Positions 51,901-64,000 of a stretch of 64,000 nucleotides of DNA are shown piece by piece (position 1 is the first letter of the stretch; each line of letters opens with the position of its first letter). The notes beneath the pieces were generated by a model. It saw nothing but the letters and a program-made list of their open reading frames with translations, made no database searches and was not told the origin of the DNA. The position numbers and the translations under genes are program-made. This stretch comes from Lingula anatina (lineage: Eukaryota > Animalia > Brachiopoda), in NCBI GenBank assembly GCA_051362555.1, contig CM120647.1, forward strand, positions 1,798,001 through 1,862,000, given 5' to 3'.

Positions 51901-54590
51901 GAGTGGCTCTACCAAGAGGAGAGAAGTCATACTGCTCACAGTACTTGATGTAAAGATGTACCAGCTGAGAATGGCACACTGTCCTCACAACATCAGGGAT
52001 AGTCACAATTTCACCACTGTCCAATTTAAGTCTTCTTGTTCCATAACTGACGGGTTGTATAAATGAAGGATCCATGAAAAAACTTAGTGCATGTTGTAGT
52101 TTCATGGGATTCATGCGTTGCCTGCAACACAATTCGTCTTTCACAGACAGTCCAGCTGTTTCAATTTTCATGCACTTTGCTTTGTAAAATTGGTGTTTTG
52201 TTATATTCAAATGCTTACTGATTTCAAGTTGGGAGAAATTTCCTGCCAGCAGGCTTAGTAATTGGAATTTAAGTGAATTATTTTCTGTATTATTTATTAA
52301 TTGCACACAAGTTTTCATGATGTCTGGACACACATCCTCACAAGATGGTGGTTCACTATGTTGATTCAGCATTGCCGACTGGCCTGGCGCAATGAATCCC
52401 AATAGATGTCCAGTTCCTTCATCTGCTTTCCGTTTATAATATCGTCTACTCCTCTCAGATAGTCCCTCCCAGTTTTCCCTTAACTGAGAGCGCAAAGGGC
52501 TCATCTGCTGGTTGCTGATGAGGGAGAGTATATGGTTTGCTTTCTCGAGTCCTCCCATCTTTAATTTTTTTGCTTCAATGTTATCGTCACTGAAAGCAGA
52601 ACATGCTGAGCAGGCTGACGACTGACTTGATTGAGAACACTCCTAAAATATGAAAGATTATCACAATGTAAAAGAAAGTCAATGAAATACTTGGAATTCA
52701 GGGTCTTTTCTTCAAATGAAATCATGATATATTTTTGTATTACTAATTCAATTTTTTAAAGAGTTGCCAGAAATTTGCCTACCATAAATGATGTGAAAAA
52801 GTGTGTATTTCATCATTTACAAAATGAAAATTACATTTAAACAAGCTGTAACGAAATTTGCTCACCAAATCTAAGGTTTCAACCTTATTTCTCTTTTTTC
52901 TGGTATCATGTGTGGTTTCATGCACATTATCCTATAAGAAATAAAGAAAAATGGTCGTAAGTATATAATATATATACAGTATAAGTACTGTACATGTTTG
53001 CTGTTTAACATATATAGTTTTAACTTAAATTTAAGCTTATTTATGCACTATGCAATTATTTTATGCTTTTATTCACTTTGAATCATTTACTTATGGACAA
53101 TTTATGGAGTTCAAATATGAAGAATGACTATAAGTCAGTGATTCCCATACCTCAATGTGACTATCAATAGATGCTGCTGGCTTCCACTGACTGTGATATT
53201 TCATATAACATGCATAGCATACTCCTGAAAAACAGAAGATTCTCAAAATTAAAAAAAAAATTATATATTTTTTACTATAAGTTATAATGCAAGAATCATG
53301 AGGATAGGTGTACCATCTCTAATTATATTTGATTTTAATATACCAGCATTAAGGAGTTACTGCAGTGCTAGTGTGGTCTTGACTTTAAAAAAATATCCAG
53401 TACCTGGAAAATTCAGTATAGACTTCAAAATTACAGTTAACACTCTTGTTGAGTATAGTGACAAAGTTCTTGTTTTATTTTGTACAGTTTAAGTACTAAA
53501 CTACTATACAGAATATGATTTTTAATTATTTCAAAATTATGTTCATGTTACTTAAATTTGACAATTTCTCGAAAGTGAAAACATAGAATCATTACCGTAT
53601 TTCATAACAAGAGTTTATACAACCATATATTATATAATTGTTTTGTCAAAAAAATTAATCCTACAGGATTTTTTTGTTTAAAATCTGTCGTGAGTAGAAT
53701 GTTCAAAACGAAAAAAAATCCACTGGTTTAAGAAAAAAATACTTATTTCTGATTTGAAAAAAAAAAAAAAAAAAAAGCCAGACGGGCCCCTTCTGCATTC
53801 ACACGCACTTACTTTAATTACTACATGTATATCCATAACACTGGCAGTTAGTATTACAAATTTATGAAGTATCTCAGTATAATCAAAAGCTTATCATATA
53901 ACAGATGTCAACGACACTAAGATTTTTCTTTTTTCAAAAAATTTAATTTTGCCTGTACAACGGCACAAATATCTAGCGGTTTTACGGGAGAACAGTCACG
54001 TGCCAAATCACCATTAGCAACGGGGAATCCCCGACCTAATTAATAGTATTCCGAAAATCTTTATGCTGTAAAGCACCACTTATCTGTGTGAAATATGCCA
54101 TCAAATCACATATAGCAACGAATTTTTAATTGAAATAAGTTATACATGAAGATCCATTACCTGAGCCAAGCGGCAGCAAGTTTCCAGTCTCATAAAACAA
54201 GTATTTGGTCATGTCCACATCGCACACGAATTTCCCCTTGAGATTCTTCCCTGCATGTGTTGGGTACTGGCAAAAGGACGGCTTGTACCAGTGCAAACCC
54301 AGGCTTTCTCTGTGGTGTTGACAAACGCGCATGTTTTCGTCGAGGTTGAAGACACCCACCCGAAACGATATCAGATGGGCTTCTGTAAAAGCCTCACCTC
54401 CGATACTCAACTTTGAATTAAGACCGCACTTCGACAAATGAGCTGTAACAGATCGCTTACAGTCATAAAGCTTAACAGGACCCTCCTTGGGATATTTCTT
54501 AGAAAAACCACACTCCGTGTCGCAGAAAAATGAAACTGTACATTTTTCCTTTGAATGAGTTATCGACGGAAATTTCGTGGCTCCCGCCAT
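48927..54590 (-). CDS. Sola3-like DDD transposase, 9 exons, 1061 aa by manual splicing
   Basis: Exons 54590-54161, 53224-53151, 52931-52866, 52642-51347, 51139-51047, 50898-50774, 50578-50526, 50282-50121, 49813-48927, all GT-AG and phase-compatible. Motifs GLDN, MDWAMKFLP, QSDWFGQRG..WH, RSDNA, FSEAQSGKSVCD, CSEDGC..H..H, GWALK. Confidence 0.82.
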
Positions 54591-55441
54591 CTTGAGGCAA
54601 TAATATTTATGTTGTATTCAAAAACATGACGAAATGCGGAGATAAACACTATGAACGAATGATCATAAAAACAATCTATGCAGCAAGGAAGTTAAAAATG
54701 CATTAACATTTTTCCATTAAATGTGCGTTTCACAGCAGAAATAACAAAAATTCGATTTATTTACATCTGAATGAGTTCGTAGTTTAGCAGTCACCGCTAC
54801 TGCGCATGCGCAGATGGTCTTTTTCGCGTAGTTTTAGCGTTGATTGTTTTTAATGTAATTTAACCATTTTGTGTTTTGAAAAAAATTTTATTTCATTTTT
54901 TGGTACCTGAATATATGCTGTAAACATCTTGTATAGCCATCTTACATAACTACGTCGGCCATACGAGTTATTTGTCAGTGAATATGGGGTTACCTGAACA
55001 TTTTATATAGAAAAGCATATGGGAGAAAAATTTCAGGCTTAAATATAAAACGCTCTAAAAAATTAATTATTTTAAATATGCAACTTTTCGGGCTCAATTT
55101 ATTAGTTTTTAGCATAGTTCTTCACAGTAAATTAAAAGAAAACAAAATCTGGGAGGGTCATGTTCCAATGCCCCTATGTTATTTTTCTGATTCTTACAGA
55201 GACTGGTACTTAACAGGTCAGCAGTGCAGTATTTGCTGTGAGTATGAGAAAAGAACATGACTAACTAGTACATAACATTGTACACCGTGAAATGCCATGC
55301 ATCTATATTACATCGTACATCGTGAAATGTAACACTGTGGTTTCTCAGCAGGCTTTAAACTTCTGCTTAGGTTTTATGTTATGTTACTATTGAGGTCACA
55401 TCATAGATCAGTATAACAATGTCTTGAAGTGGACAGTATAT

Positions 55442-57149
55442 CTAGTGTAAGTATTGAAATGTCTTAACTTTGCACCCACTTGCTACCACCAGATGGCCAG
55501 CAGGGTTGATGGCTAATGCTGTAGGACTCTCCAACCCATCCTCAGCAGTGGCAATGTATCTGATTAACTGTCCCTGTGGACTCAGTGCCACTATTCTGTC
55601 GTTCCAACAGCCAGCAATGAAGATGAGACCATAGCTGTCTGTGCACACTCCACCCGGTCCACACAGCTGACCATCACCACTGCCTCGTGTGCCATACTGA
55701 TGCAGCTGATCACCAGTAGGTGACAACACATATACACAGTCACTGCCCCAGTCTGATATAACAATGTTATCATCCTCCCTGTTCACAGTGATGTACAGGG
55801 GGCATTCACACATACTGAGTGGAATAGTGTTCAGGAGCTGTCCACTGTATGCATGGAATGTGAAGATGGATTTCTTTCTTCTGTCACAAACTAATATATG
55901 ACCTTGTCTGTTGATTGTGATACCACATGGATCCTCAAGTTGACCCTGACCCATGGTTGTCAGCTGCTGACCTCTGGTAGAGTACACTTTGACACTTTTG
56001 TCACCACGTGATGTTATATATAGGTGATGAGCCTGTGACACAGCCATGTCAAATGGTTCATTTAATATTATGTAAAATTTAAATTCCCCTGCATGTGAGA
56101 ATGCCTTTGTTCTATTATTTCCTTTTACAAGAAAGGACTCTTTTCCATTCACAGTGAACACGAATTGCTCAGCTATAGCCATCCCTGTTACGAAAGTGTT
56201 AATTTTATCATCTTTCACTTTAAGATTGAAGCAATAATCACATTCTGCCTTCTCTAAGAAAACAGGAAGATTTAGTACTGCTCCTGGATTCAGTTGATTT
56301 GTCCCCAGTGTAGGAGGTCCAGGAGGTCCTGGTCTAGGTTGAGGTCTAGGAGGTTGTGACTGCATCGTCACCTGTTCTAACATGGCCTCCTGTCCTGAAA
56401 ATTGTGGTGCTGAATTTGGGTTTGTTTCCTGTATTGGTGATGGAGGTTTTGACTGTACTCTCACCTCCCCTAACATGGCTGCTAGTCTGGCAGCAGATAT
56501 CTTACCAGGACTGTATGATATCTGTGCTGGTGTGTTTGACATTTTCTCCATCACTGGCGGTCTCTCTGTCAGATCTGTAGAATGAAACATGATGTCATAA
56601 TCAGAGCCACATGTTAAAAGTTCCTGTGCAAATCTGTAGTCACTTAGTAAGGAGGCATGGTGAAGTTCGAAGGTGTCCTTTTTTGCCTCTTCCTGCTTTT
56701 TTCTGATATCACAAGCAACTTTTACTTCTGATATCAATTTTTGCGCTCTCACTTCAACCAGTCTATGGATATCGAGCCTGTTCTTTAATTTTGTTGATGG
56801 TGGCTTCCATATTGATATCCTCCAATTCATTGGTTTTTCCACTTGCAGTGCCTTTGATTTGTGATGAAACATCATGCTGCTGTCGCTGACTGAGAAGTTC
56901 TTTTGCCTTCTGTATACGGAAGTCCTTTTTCAGTTTCCGTAGTCTATCTTTTGGAAATTTCATCTCTTCTCTGCAAAGGGGGCACAAAAATGCCCTGTGC
57001 CGAGACAAAGTTTGCGTAGCATGGTCACGAATACAAACATAGCAAAATGTATGGTAGCAAGGCAGCACACGGGGGTCTTCATACTCTCCAAGACAGATGC
57101 TACATGTCAAGAGATTATCCGTGAATGCTGCTACCAGCGCCTCGGCCAT
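55442..57149 (-). pseudogene. TRIM-NHL paralog 2: B-box deleted in frame, then 2-bp frameshift splitting RING from NHL
   Basis: ATG 57149; QIKGT joins directly to ASGKTNELE; CGA T--ATC at ~56771 versus CGA TCT ATT in copy 3; NHL frame open to 55442. Confidence 0.85.
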
Positions 57150-58253
57150 ATTGTCACGTTTGAGCACAAGGCAGCCATTCAGTAATTAGTTCAATAAATG
57201 AAAGCACTCTTTATAGTGTGGGCGCAGATGATCAGGTGATTGGGACCTTGATCTTTTTTGTGGAAACTGTACCGTGTCAGTAGTGATAGCATGCACTATA
57301 TATCTGATATGGTTGTTAGTACAAGCGGCCATATAACAATTAGGGGCAACAGTTACTCTGTACTTTTTCTGAGTTGATCAGTAACAAGGTACTAGTATTA
57401 ATAAGTCCCATTGTAATTTGCCCCTCCTTGACTTAGATCTGTCAAAACTCGTCCTTTACATGTATGCATATAGCTGATTAGTGATAAAACCATTGTTTAT
57501 AACCCCATCATGTGTTTGTCGGGTGAAGAGTCCAAAGAATTTTAGAACTAGTTATTATAATCAACAAGGTGTCCCTCCATTTTGTTTCAAACCATTTCAA
57601 TGATTGTGAGTGTAAATTCTGTTTAAAGATTTTGTTTAAAAGAATTCTAAAATAATATATATTGAAGGTTGTCTACAACAATAAATGTGCCAATTGTACG
57701 TAAGTCATCAGTAAAAACCATAACTCTTTGTCCTTTCGGATCAATTTATCTTTTCTAATCAACAAGAAGTCCTATATTGCCGGTAATAAGGCTTATTTGA
57801 CCTGGGTGATTTCGACGGGACTGACCTGACTTCTAAGGTGCACCCACTCGTGCTCAGCGAGCTTTCCTCATAAGAGGGTAGGCGCTAATTTGACTGCCCC
57901 CTTTGGTTGGCCGACTCACCACATTGATAAAAAAAATTGCAGTTTTAAGTCTTGAAGTAATGGCAAATTGACAAGGAATGTGAAATTAAGGGACCCGAAA
58001 GTAAAAACTTGGGGTATTTGGATCTCATAACACTCCCAATATCTCACACTTATAAACTTTTATTGAATTTTTAATTATTAAAATTATTATGTGAATTTTT
58101 CTTTTGCTGTTAGCTGACAGGTGAGCATTTGAGAAGAAGTGTCTAAAACTTGCGTTGAAAATAATAATTTTCTTAGAAACTTTCCCAGGCAGTGGAATTG
58201 CTGTTGGGGGTGGTGATTTCTATTAAGGAGGCTGGAGTTTAGGTTAAAAAAGG

Positions 58254-60120
58254 AAACAAGGCAGCAAAGCTGTCAAATGTACAGACAAAAAGCAGGAAAT
58301 AACTATGCACAAATTAGGCTATTGTCAATTCTGATGCAAAAGTACATTATGTTAAACTGCAAATTCAACATCAAATTTTAATTATGCTCAACAGGTCATA
58401 CCAATGTAAGTAAAATGTGTAACAAGCATAAGGCTTCAGGCCCATGGGAGTTCAAGTTCACACTTTGAAAATGTATAACTTCCAGAAAAAGAAGCCAAGT
58501 AGACAGGCTGCATTTTAGACCTGTATTTCTTTTTTGAAAGTTTGGCAATCATAAGTAACATGGTTTTCTCATAATGTTCATCATTGCAGCAGCACCCAAA
58601 ATTGTGTTTTCTTCTATTCTGATGCAATATTACATAATGGTTAACAGCATAATGACCGTCAATTTTCTAATGATAAAATATACGTATCATGGATTTTCAG
58701 AAAATGTGACTAGCATGGGTCTTCAAGCCCGTGGAACTTCAAAGTCACACCTTGAAAATGCCAAAATGTAAACAAGACAGCACTGTTCTGAAATGTTTTT
58801 TCACCTTGAAAATGCCAATGTGTGAAAAATTAAAGTTTCACAAAAAAAACTGTTTAACTGGCAGTAAGAATTACCAAACAGACTGCACTGCCTACTGAAG
58901 CTGTATTTTAGTCCCAAGTTTCTTTCCTGTAAGTTTGAGAACAGTAAGTGACATGTTTTTTCTTAAATGGTCATCATGGGAGCAGTGCCCAAAATATTTT
59001 TTTTTTCAAATTTTGATGCAATATTACATAATGTTTAACAGCATAATGACCATCAATTTTTAATAATAAAATATTAGTATTATGGATATTCAGAAAATGT
59101 GACTAGCAAAGGTCTTCAGGCCCATGGAACTTCAAAGTCACAACTTGAAAATGCCAAAATGTAAACAAGACAGCACTGTTCTGAAATGTTTTTTCACCAT
59201 TTTTAACAATTTTTAACATAAAACAAAATTAACAGATTACTGCCATTTTTATATGATCAACTAAGAAAATTGATGAGATGGAAAAAATATAAATAGAGCA
59301 GTGTTAAATGTCCAATTTCTTCCATTCTGAGATTCTGAACATAGTGAATGATTGAATCTGACAAACTGCAATGATATGAGTTTATTTCCATTTTTGAAAC
59401 TTTATTACACAATACACGATTACAAGTTTACCATTATTTTTACAAAATCAACTAACAATGTTGTAAAGATGCAGGAAATGTCAAACAAACACTTTTACGT
59501 ATCTTATTAATTAAATAATGAAACTGTTAACATGCCTAAGAATTGAATCTGAGGAAATGTGAAAAAATCAGCATAACTTCTAAAATAATGGCCCGATAAT
59601 GCTGATTTTTGAACTCAACCTGCATTTTAGAAGGATTGACCACTCCTGTGAGTTTAAGGACAATTGGTTTATCTGTTTCTATTATATTGTGTTTACAGTG
59701 TTGCATATATGCTGAAAAGTGAAAAGAAAAGCATAACTACTAAAATAGCGGCCTGATCATGCCGATTTTCAAACTTGACCTGCGTTTTAGTAAGATCGAT
59801 TACTCCTGTGAGTTTCATGACAACAGGCCCATCGGTTTTCCTTGAAATGTGTTTACAGTGTTGCATATATGCTGAAAAGTGAAAAAACAGCATAACTTCT
59901 ACAATAATGGCCCGATCATGCTGATTTTCGAATTTGACCTGCGTTTTATGAATATTCATCAGCTCTGTAAATATAAAGCCAAAAAAGTAAAACTGCCTTC
60001 CACTTATCGTGTTTACAATGAAATTGCACGGCGCCGGCGACGACGGCGTCGACGGCGACGGCGACGACAGACGCAGGTGATGGCAATATGTACAGACACA
60101 TCTGTGTCTGTACGTAAAAA
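58254..60120 (+). mobile_element. ~1.9-kb HINE/Helentron-like non-autonomous element
   Basis: 5' AAACAAG..ATGTACAGACA, internal ~392-bp duplication, ~160-bp tandem units (59569-60010), (CGA/CGG)n tract, 3' hairpin GTACAGACACA-TC-TGTGTCTGTAC at 60090-60113; absent at the paralogous site ~43900. Confidence 0.75.
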
Positions 60121-61339
60121 GAAAAGTACTTCTAAATCTTGAAATGATGTGATGTTGACACTTTTTCGGGCATACAACGATAACATCATTTTGATCATTT
60201 TTTTATAGTCAGAAAATCTTAAACTGAGGGAGGAAATATTCAGGCTGAGCCCAGATTAGAGCGTTTGCTTGATTAATTTCTACCTGTTGTATCATTAGTT
60301 AGCAAATATGGCCAATTGGTTTTTCTTGTATCATTCTCGCAGATAATGACAGCTATAAAACCCCGTTTTTCTTGATGAATTACATGTATACCTGTCATTG
60401 GACACCACCTTTGGGTATGACATTAATTTAGCATTAGTCACCATTCACACCAGTCTGTGATCCAACACGAGGCTGCAGGCTTTGAGAGCTGATCATTTTG
60501 GCTATGAAAATTGTCCAATTACAGATTCTTTATCGCAATATTTTGTTGAGATTTCTGGCAGATCATAGCAAAACTGTTCATAAGTTTGAATATATTGTCT
60601 TTTTACAGTGAAATGTATTGAAATATTAAATTTTGTAGACTTTGTTCATGAAAATGAAACCATCAAAATCTAATCAAAAGGCTATAGAAACATACACAGC
60701 ACCCTTGGAACAATTAATGTATCTCTCTATGCGGCAGTATATGATATAACCTAGACGTTGAAGGTATAAATCTATGGCTGATCAGAACCATGGTAATTAT
60801 TGATAACAACTGAAGCCTCAATATTATTTCAAAGGAAGGAAAAAAGTAACACGAGACTGAGGTGCATATAAATAAACACATTATAAAAAGATCATAGTTG
60901 ATTAATTTAATTTAATGTCCCATTATTACAGAAGTAAGATGTTTACAATGATGGCTGATCTATTTCATTTTTCTTTTATTTTGGAGGAGGATTAAATGTT
61001 ATCTAAGAGTACTACCAGTAGCTGTTAGTTTGTACAAGTACAGGTACTTGAATTTATAACTTGTCATTTCTATTAAAGAAACTTCAAATCATGACTCATT
61101 TTGAAGACTTTACAGGTCAGCAGTGCAGTATTTGCTGTGAGTATGAAAAAAGAATATGACTTACTAGTACATAACATTGTACATCGTGAAATGCCATAGA
61201 TTTATATTACATTGTACATCGTGAAATGTAACACTGTGGTTTCTCACAGGCTTTAAACTACTGCTTAGGTTTTATGTTATGTAACTATCGAGGTCACATC
61301 AAAGTTCAGTATAACAATGTATTGAAGTGGACAGTATAG

Positions 61340-63283
61340 CTATTGTAAGTACTGAAATGTCTTAACTTTGTCACCACATGCCACCACCAGATGGCCAGCA
61401 GGGTTGATGGCTAATGCTGTGGGACTCTCTAACCCATCCCCGGCAGTGGCAATGTATCTGATTAACTGTCCCTGTGGACTCAGTGCCACTATCCTGTGGT
61501 TCCAATAGTCAGCAATAAATATGTGACCAAAGCTGTCTGTGCACACTCCCCCTGGACCACACAGCTGACCATCACCACTGCCTCGTGTACCATACTGGTG
61601 CAGCTGATCACCAGTTGGTGACAGCACATGTACACAGTCACTGCCATAGTCTGATATCACAATATTATCATCCACCCTGTTCACTGTTATGTACAGGGGG
61701 TGTTGAACACACATACTGAGTGGAATAATATTCAGGAGATGTCCACTGTCTGCATGGAATGTGAAGATGGATTCTTTTGTTTTGTCACACACCATCACAT
61801 GACCTTGTTTGTTGATTGTGATACCACGTGGGCCCTCAAGTTTACCGCAACCGATGGTTGTCACATGCTGACCACTGGTGGAGTACACTTTGACACATTT
61901 GTCACCCAGTGATGTTATGTACAGTTGGCCAGTCTGTGACACGGCCGCATCAAATGGGTTATTTAGTTTAACATCAAATTCGAATTCTCCTGCATGTGTG
62001 AATAATTTTGTCATGCTTTTTCCTTCTTTACTAACAGAGTTGTTTCCATCCACAGTAATCACGTATTGCTCAGCTACGGCCAGCCCAGTTACAAACGTAT
62101 CACTTTTATCATCAATCAGTCTTGCTTTGAAGGAATGCACACATTTTGCCTTTTCTAAAAAAACAGAATGTGGTACTGATCTTGGACTCAGAAGATTGTG
62201 CAGAAAGTTCATAACACCCAGTCTAGATCTAGGACGCTGTGACTGTACTATCGCCTGTCCTGCCATGGCTTCAAGCCCGGGAGAGTGCACTGCTGATTTT
62301 GGAATTGTTTCCTCTTCAGCGATTGGAGGTTTGAACTGCACTCCAACCTCTCCTAACATGGCTTCCAGGCCAGCAGCAGATATCTTACCAGGTCTGTAGG
62401 ATATCTGTGCTGGTGTGTCTGGAGTTGACAATGGCATTTTCTCCATTGCTGTCAGTCTCTCTGTCAGAGCCTTAGTGTGAAGCATGATGTCAGAATCAGA
62501 ACCATTTGTTATAAGTTCCTGGGCAAATCTGCAGGCACTTTGTAAAGAGGCATGGTGAAGTTCGAAGGTGTCCTTGTTTGCCTCCTGCATTTTTCTTATA
62601 TCACAAGCAAAATTTACTTCTGATATCAGTCTTTGTGCTCTCTGCTCAACCAGTCTTTGAATAGATCGAGCCTGTCCTTTAATTATGTTGATGGTATCTT
62701 CCGTATTGAACTCCTCCAATTCATTGGTCCTGTTCTTTGCAACTGCTTCTTTAAACATGTCCAGTTTTGTTTCACTTTTCTTAAGGACAGCTTTAATCTT
62801 TTTTCGATTGCTATTCGCCACAAGCTCAACGGGCACGATACCATGCCTGTAATGCTCTTTAGGTACACAGTCACCACAAACAACGGCATCATCGTCTTCA
62901 CAGTAGTATTTCAATTCATTTGTAGGATGCTTCTCACACGTACTTATCATTTCTGCAATGGCTTGTGTCACACCATGCACATCATTGTCTTTGATTGGGG
63001 ATGAGACTTCATGCTGCTGACGCTGACTGAGAAGATCTTTTGCCTTCTGAATCATATGATTCTTTTTCAGTGATAGTCCTTCTCTTGGAAATAGTAACTC
63101 TTCTCTACAAAGGGGACACAAAAATGTCCTGTCCTGAGAAACAGTACGCGTAGCATAGTCCCATATACAACCATAGCAAAATGTATGGTAGCAAGGCAGC
63201 ACACGAGGGTCGTCATACTCTCCCAGGCAGATGCTACATGTCAAAAGATTATCCGTGAAAGCTGCTGCCAATGCCTCGGCCAT
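61340..63283 (-). CDS. Intronless TRIM-NHL E3 ubiquitin ligase (TRIM2/3-like), 647 aa, single linker unit
   Basis: Same RING/B-box/coiled-coil/NHL layout as 40001-42415; intact ORF. Confidence 0.93.
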   Translation of the reverse strand: MAEALAAAFTDNLLTCSICLGEYDDPRVLPCYHTFCYGCIWDYATRTVSQDRTFLCPLCREELLFPREGLSLKKNHMIQKAKDLLSQRQQHEVSSPIKDNDVHGVTQAIAEMISTCEKHPTNELKYYCEDDDAVVCGDCVPKEHYRHGIVPVELVANSNRKKIKAVLKKSETKLDMFKEAVAKNRTNELEEFNTEDTINIIKGQARSIQRLVEQRAQRLISEVNFACDIRKMQEANKDTFELHHASLQSACRFAQELITNGSDSDIMLHTKALTERLTAMEKMPLSTPDTPAQISYRPGKISAAGLEAMLGEVGVQFKPPIAEEETIPKSAVHSPGLEAMAGQAIVQSQRPRSRLGVMNFLHNLLSPRSVPHSVFLEKAKCVHSFKARLIDDKSDTFVTGLAVAEQYVITVDGNNSVSKEGKSMTKLFTHAGEFEFDVKLNNPFDAAVSQTGQLYITSLGDKCVKVYSTSGQHVTTIGCGKLEGPRGITINKQGHVMVCDKTKESIFTFHADSGHLLNIIPLSMCVQHPLYITVNRVDDNIVISDYGSDCVHVLSPTGDQLHQYGTRGSGDGQLCGPGGVCTDSFGHIFIADYWNHRIVALSPQGQLIRYIATAGDGLESPTALAINPAGHLVVACGDKVKTFQYLQ

Positions 63284-63811
63284 ATTGTCACATCAGAGTA
63301 CAATGCAATAATTCGCGATCTTTGAATAGTCCAATAGCCAAATGTATATGGCTTTCTTTATAGTGTGGTAGCATATGATCACGTGATTGGGGCTTTGAAA
63401 TATTTGTGAAAACTGTACCATGTCACTAGAGATAGCATGCACTATATTTGATACGATTGTTAGTCTAAGTGGCCCTGTGCCTTGTACGTACTAGTACATA
63501 TGTACACGACGCAATGCAGGGGGCAACAGTTACTACTGCTTAGGTGATCGATAAACTTGTTGCCCCTCCTTGACATAGATCTGTCAAATCTCGGCCATTA
63601 TTTGTAATCATATGACATGTTTACATATATCTGGACAGTGATAAAACTCGTCTATTGTTTATAACCCCATGATGTGTTTGTCAGGTGAAGAGTCCAAAGA
63701 AATGCAGCACTTGTTACAGTAGGATTATTAATTAAAAATGTAATTTGTGTTGTATTCCGCTTCATAACATTTGAATTAGAGTGTAATCTTCAAATGGTAC
63801 ACGGAATATAC

Positions 63812-63814
<3 letters not shown>

Positions 63815-63874
<60 letters not shown>
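63815..63874. repeat. (TA)n microsatellite
   Basis: Direct reading. Confidence 0.95.
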
Positions 63875-63877
<3 letters not shown>

Positions 63878-64000
63878 AAAGTTCTAGTCTAAATCTTCAA
63901 ATAATGACATATTGGCAAGGAATGTGAAGTTAACAGACCCAAAAGAAATTACTTGGGGCATCTGTAGTTAATGACAAGTACACTCCCAATATTTCACACT

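Larger units (their letters stand above)
47371..55209 (-). mobile_element. Sola3-like DNA transposon with one end lost
   Basis: Contains the spliced transposase. The right boundary abuts TTAA (55210-55213), after which TRIM-unit flank homology resumes; no matching inverted end on the left. Confidence 0.75.

Noticed and set aside
47237-55298. ~90-bp direct repeats flanking the Sola3 element read as a giant TSD or LTRs
   Set aside because: The same sequence occurs in the copy-3 flank (~61107-61197); it is tandem-unit paralogy.
59879-60198. Poly-Arg ORFs on both strands
   Set aside because: Translation of the (CGA/CGG)n tract of the HINE.

Overview
This is AT-rich, intron-containing eukaryotic DNA from an invertebrate animal (the gene and transposon content suggests a lophotrochozoan, but the taxon is not determinable). 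It is not prokaryotic, so the single-exon ORF track misses most gene models. Host genes: (1) a six-coding-exon secreted BRICHOS precursor (26159-29008, +, 286 aa by manual splicing) with an RVKR convertase site releasing a ~100-aa peptide with 11 Cys; (2) a tandem array of intronless RING/B-box/coiled-coil/NHL (TRIM2/3-like) genes on the minus strand, with two intact copies, one split copy and traces of a deleted fourth; (3) remnants of a thrombospondin type-1 (TSP1) repeat gene apparently broken by a local inversion. The rest is mostly mobile DNA: a degenerate CaRF-like/MULE/SWIM/Ulp1 Mutator-type gene, a young 5'-truncated CR1/L2-group LINE with poly(A) and an 11-bp TSD, a fold-back Tc1 derivative made of two right ends, a decayed P/THAP9-like element, a 9-exon Sola3-like transposase with an open frame, nested non-autonomous elements, Helentron-type HINEs and MITEs. 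All calls come from manual reading and motif recall; no database searches were run.
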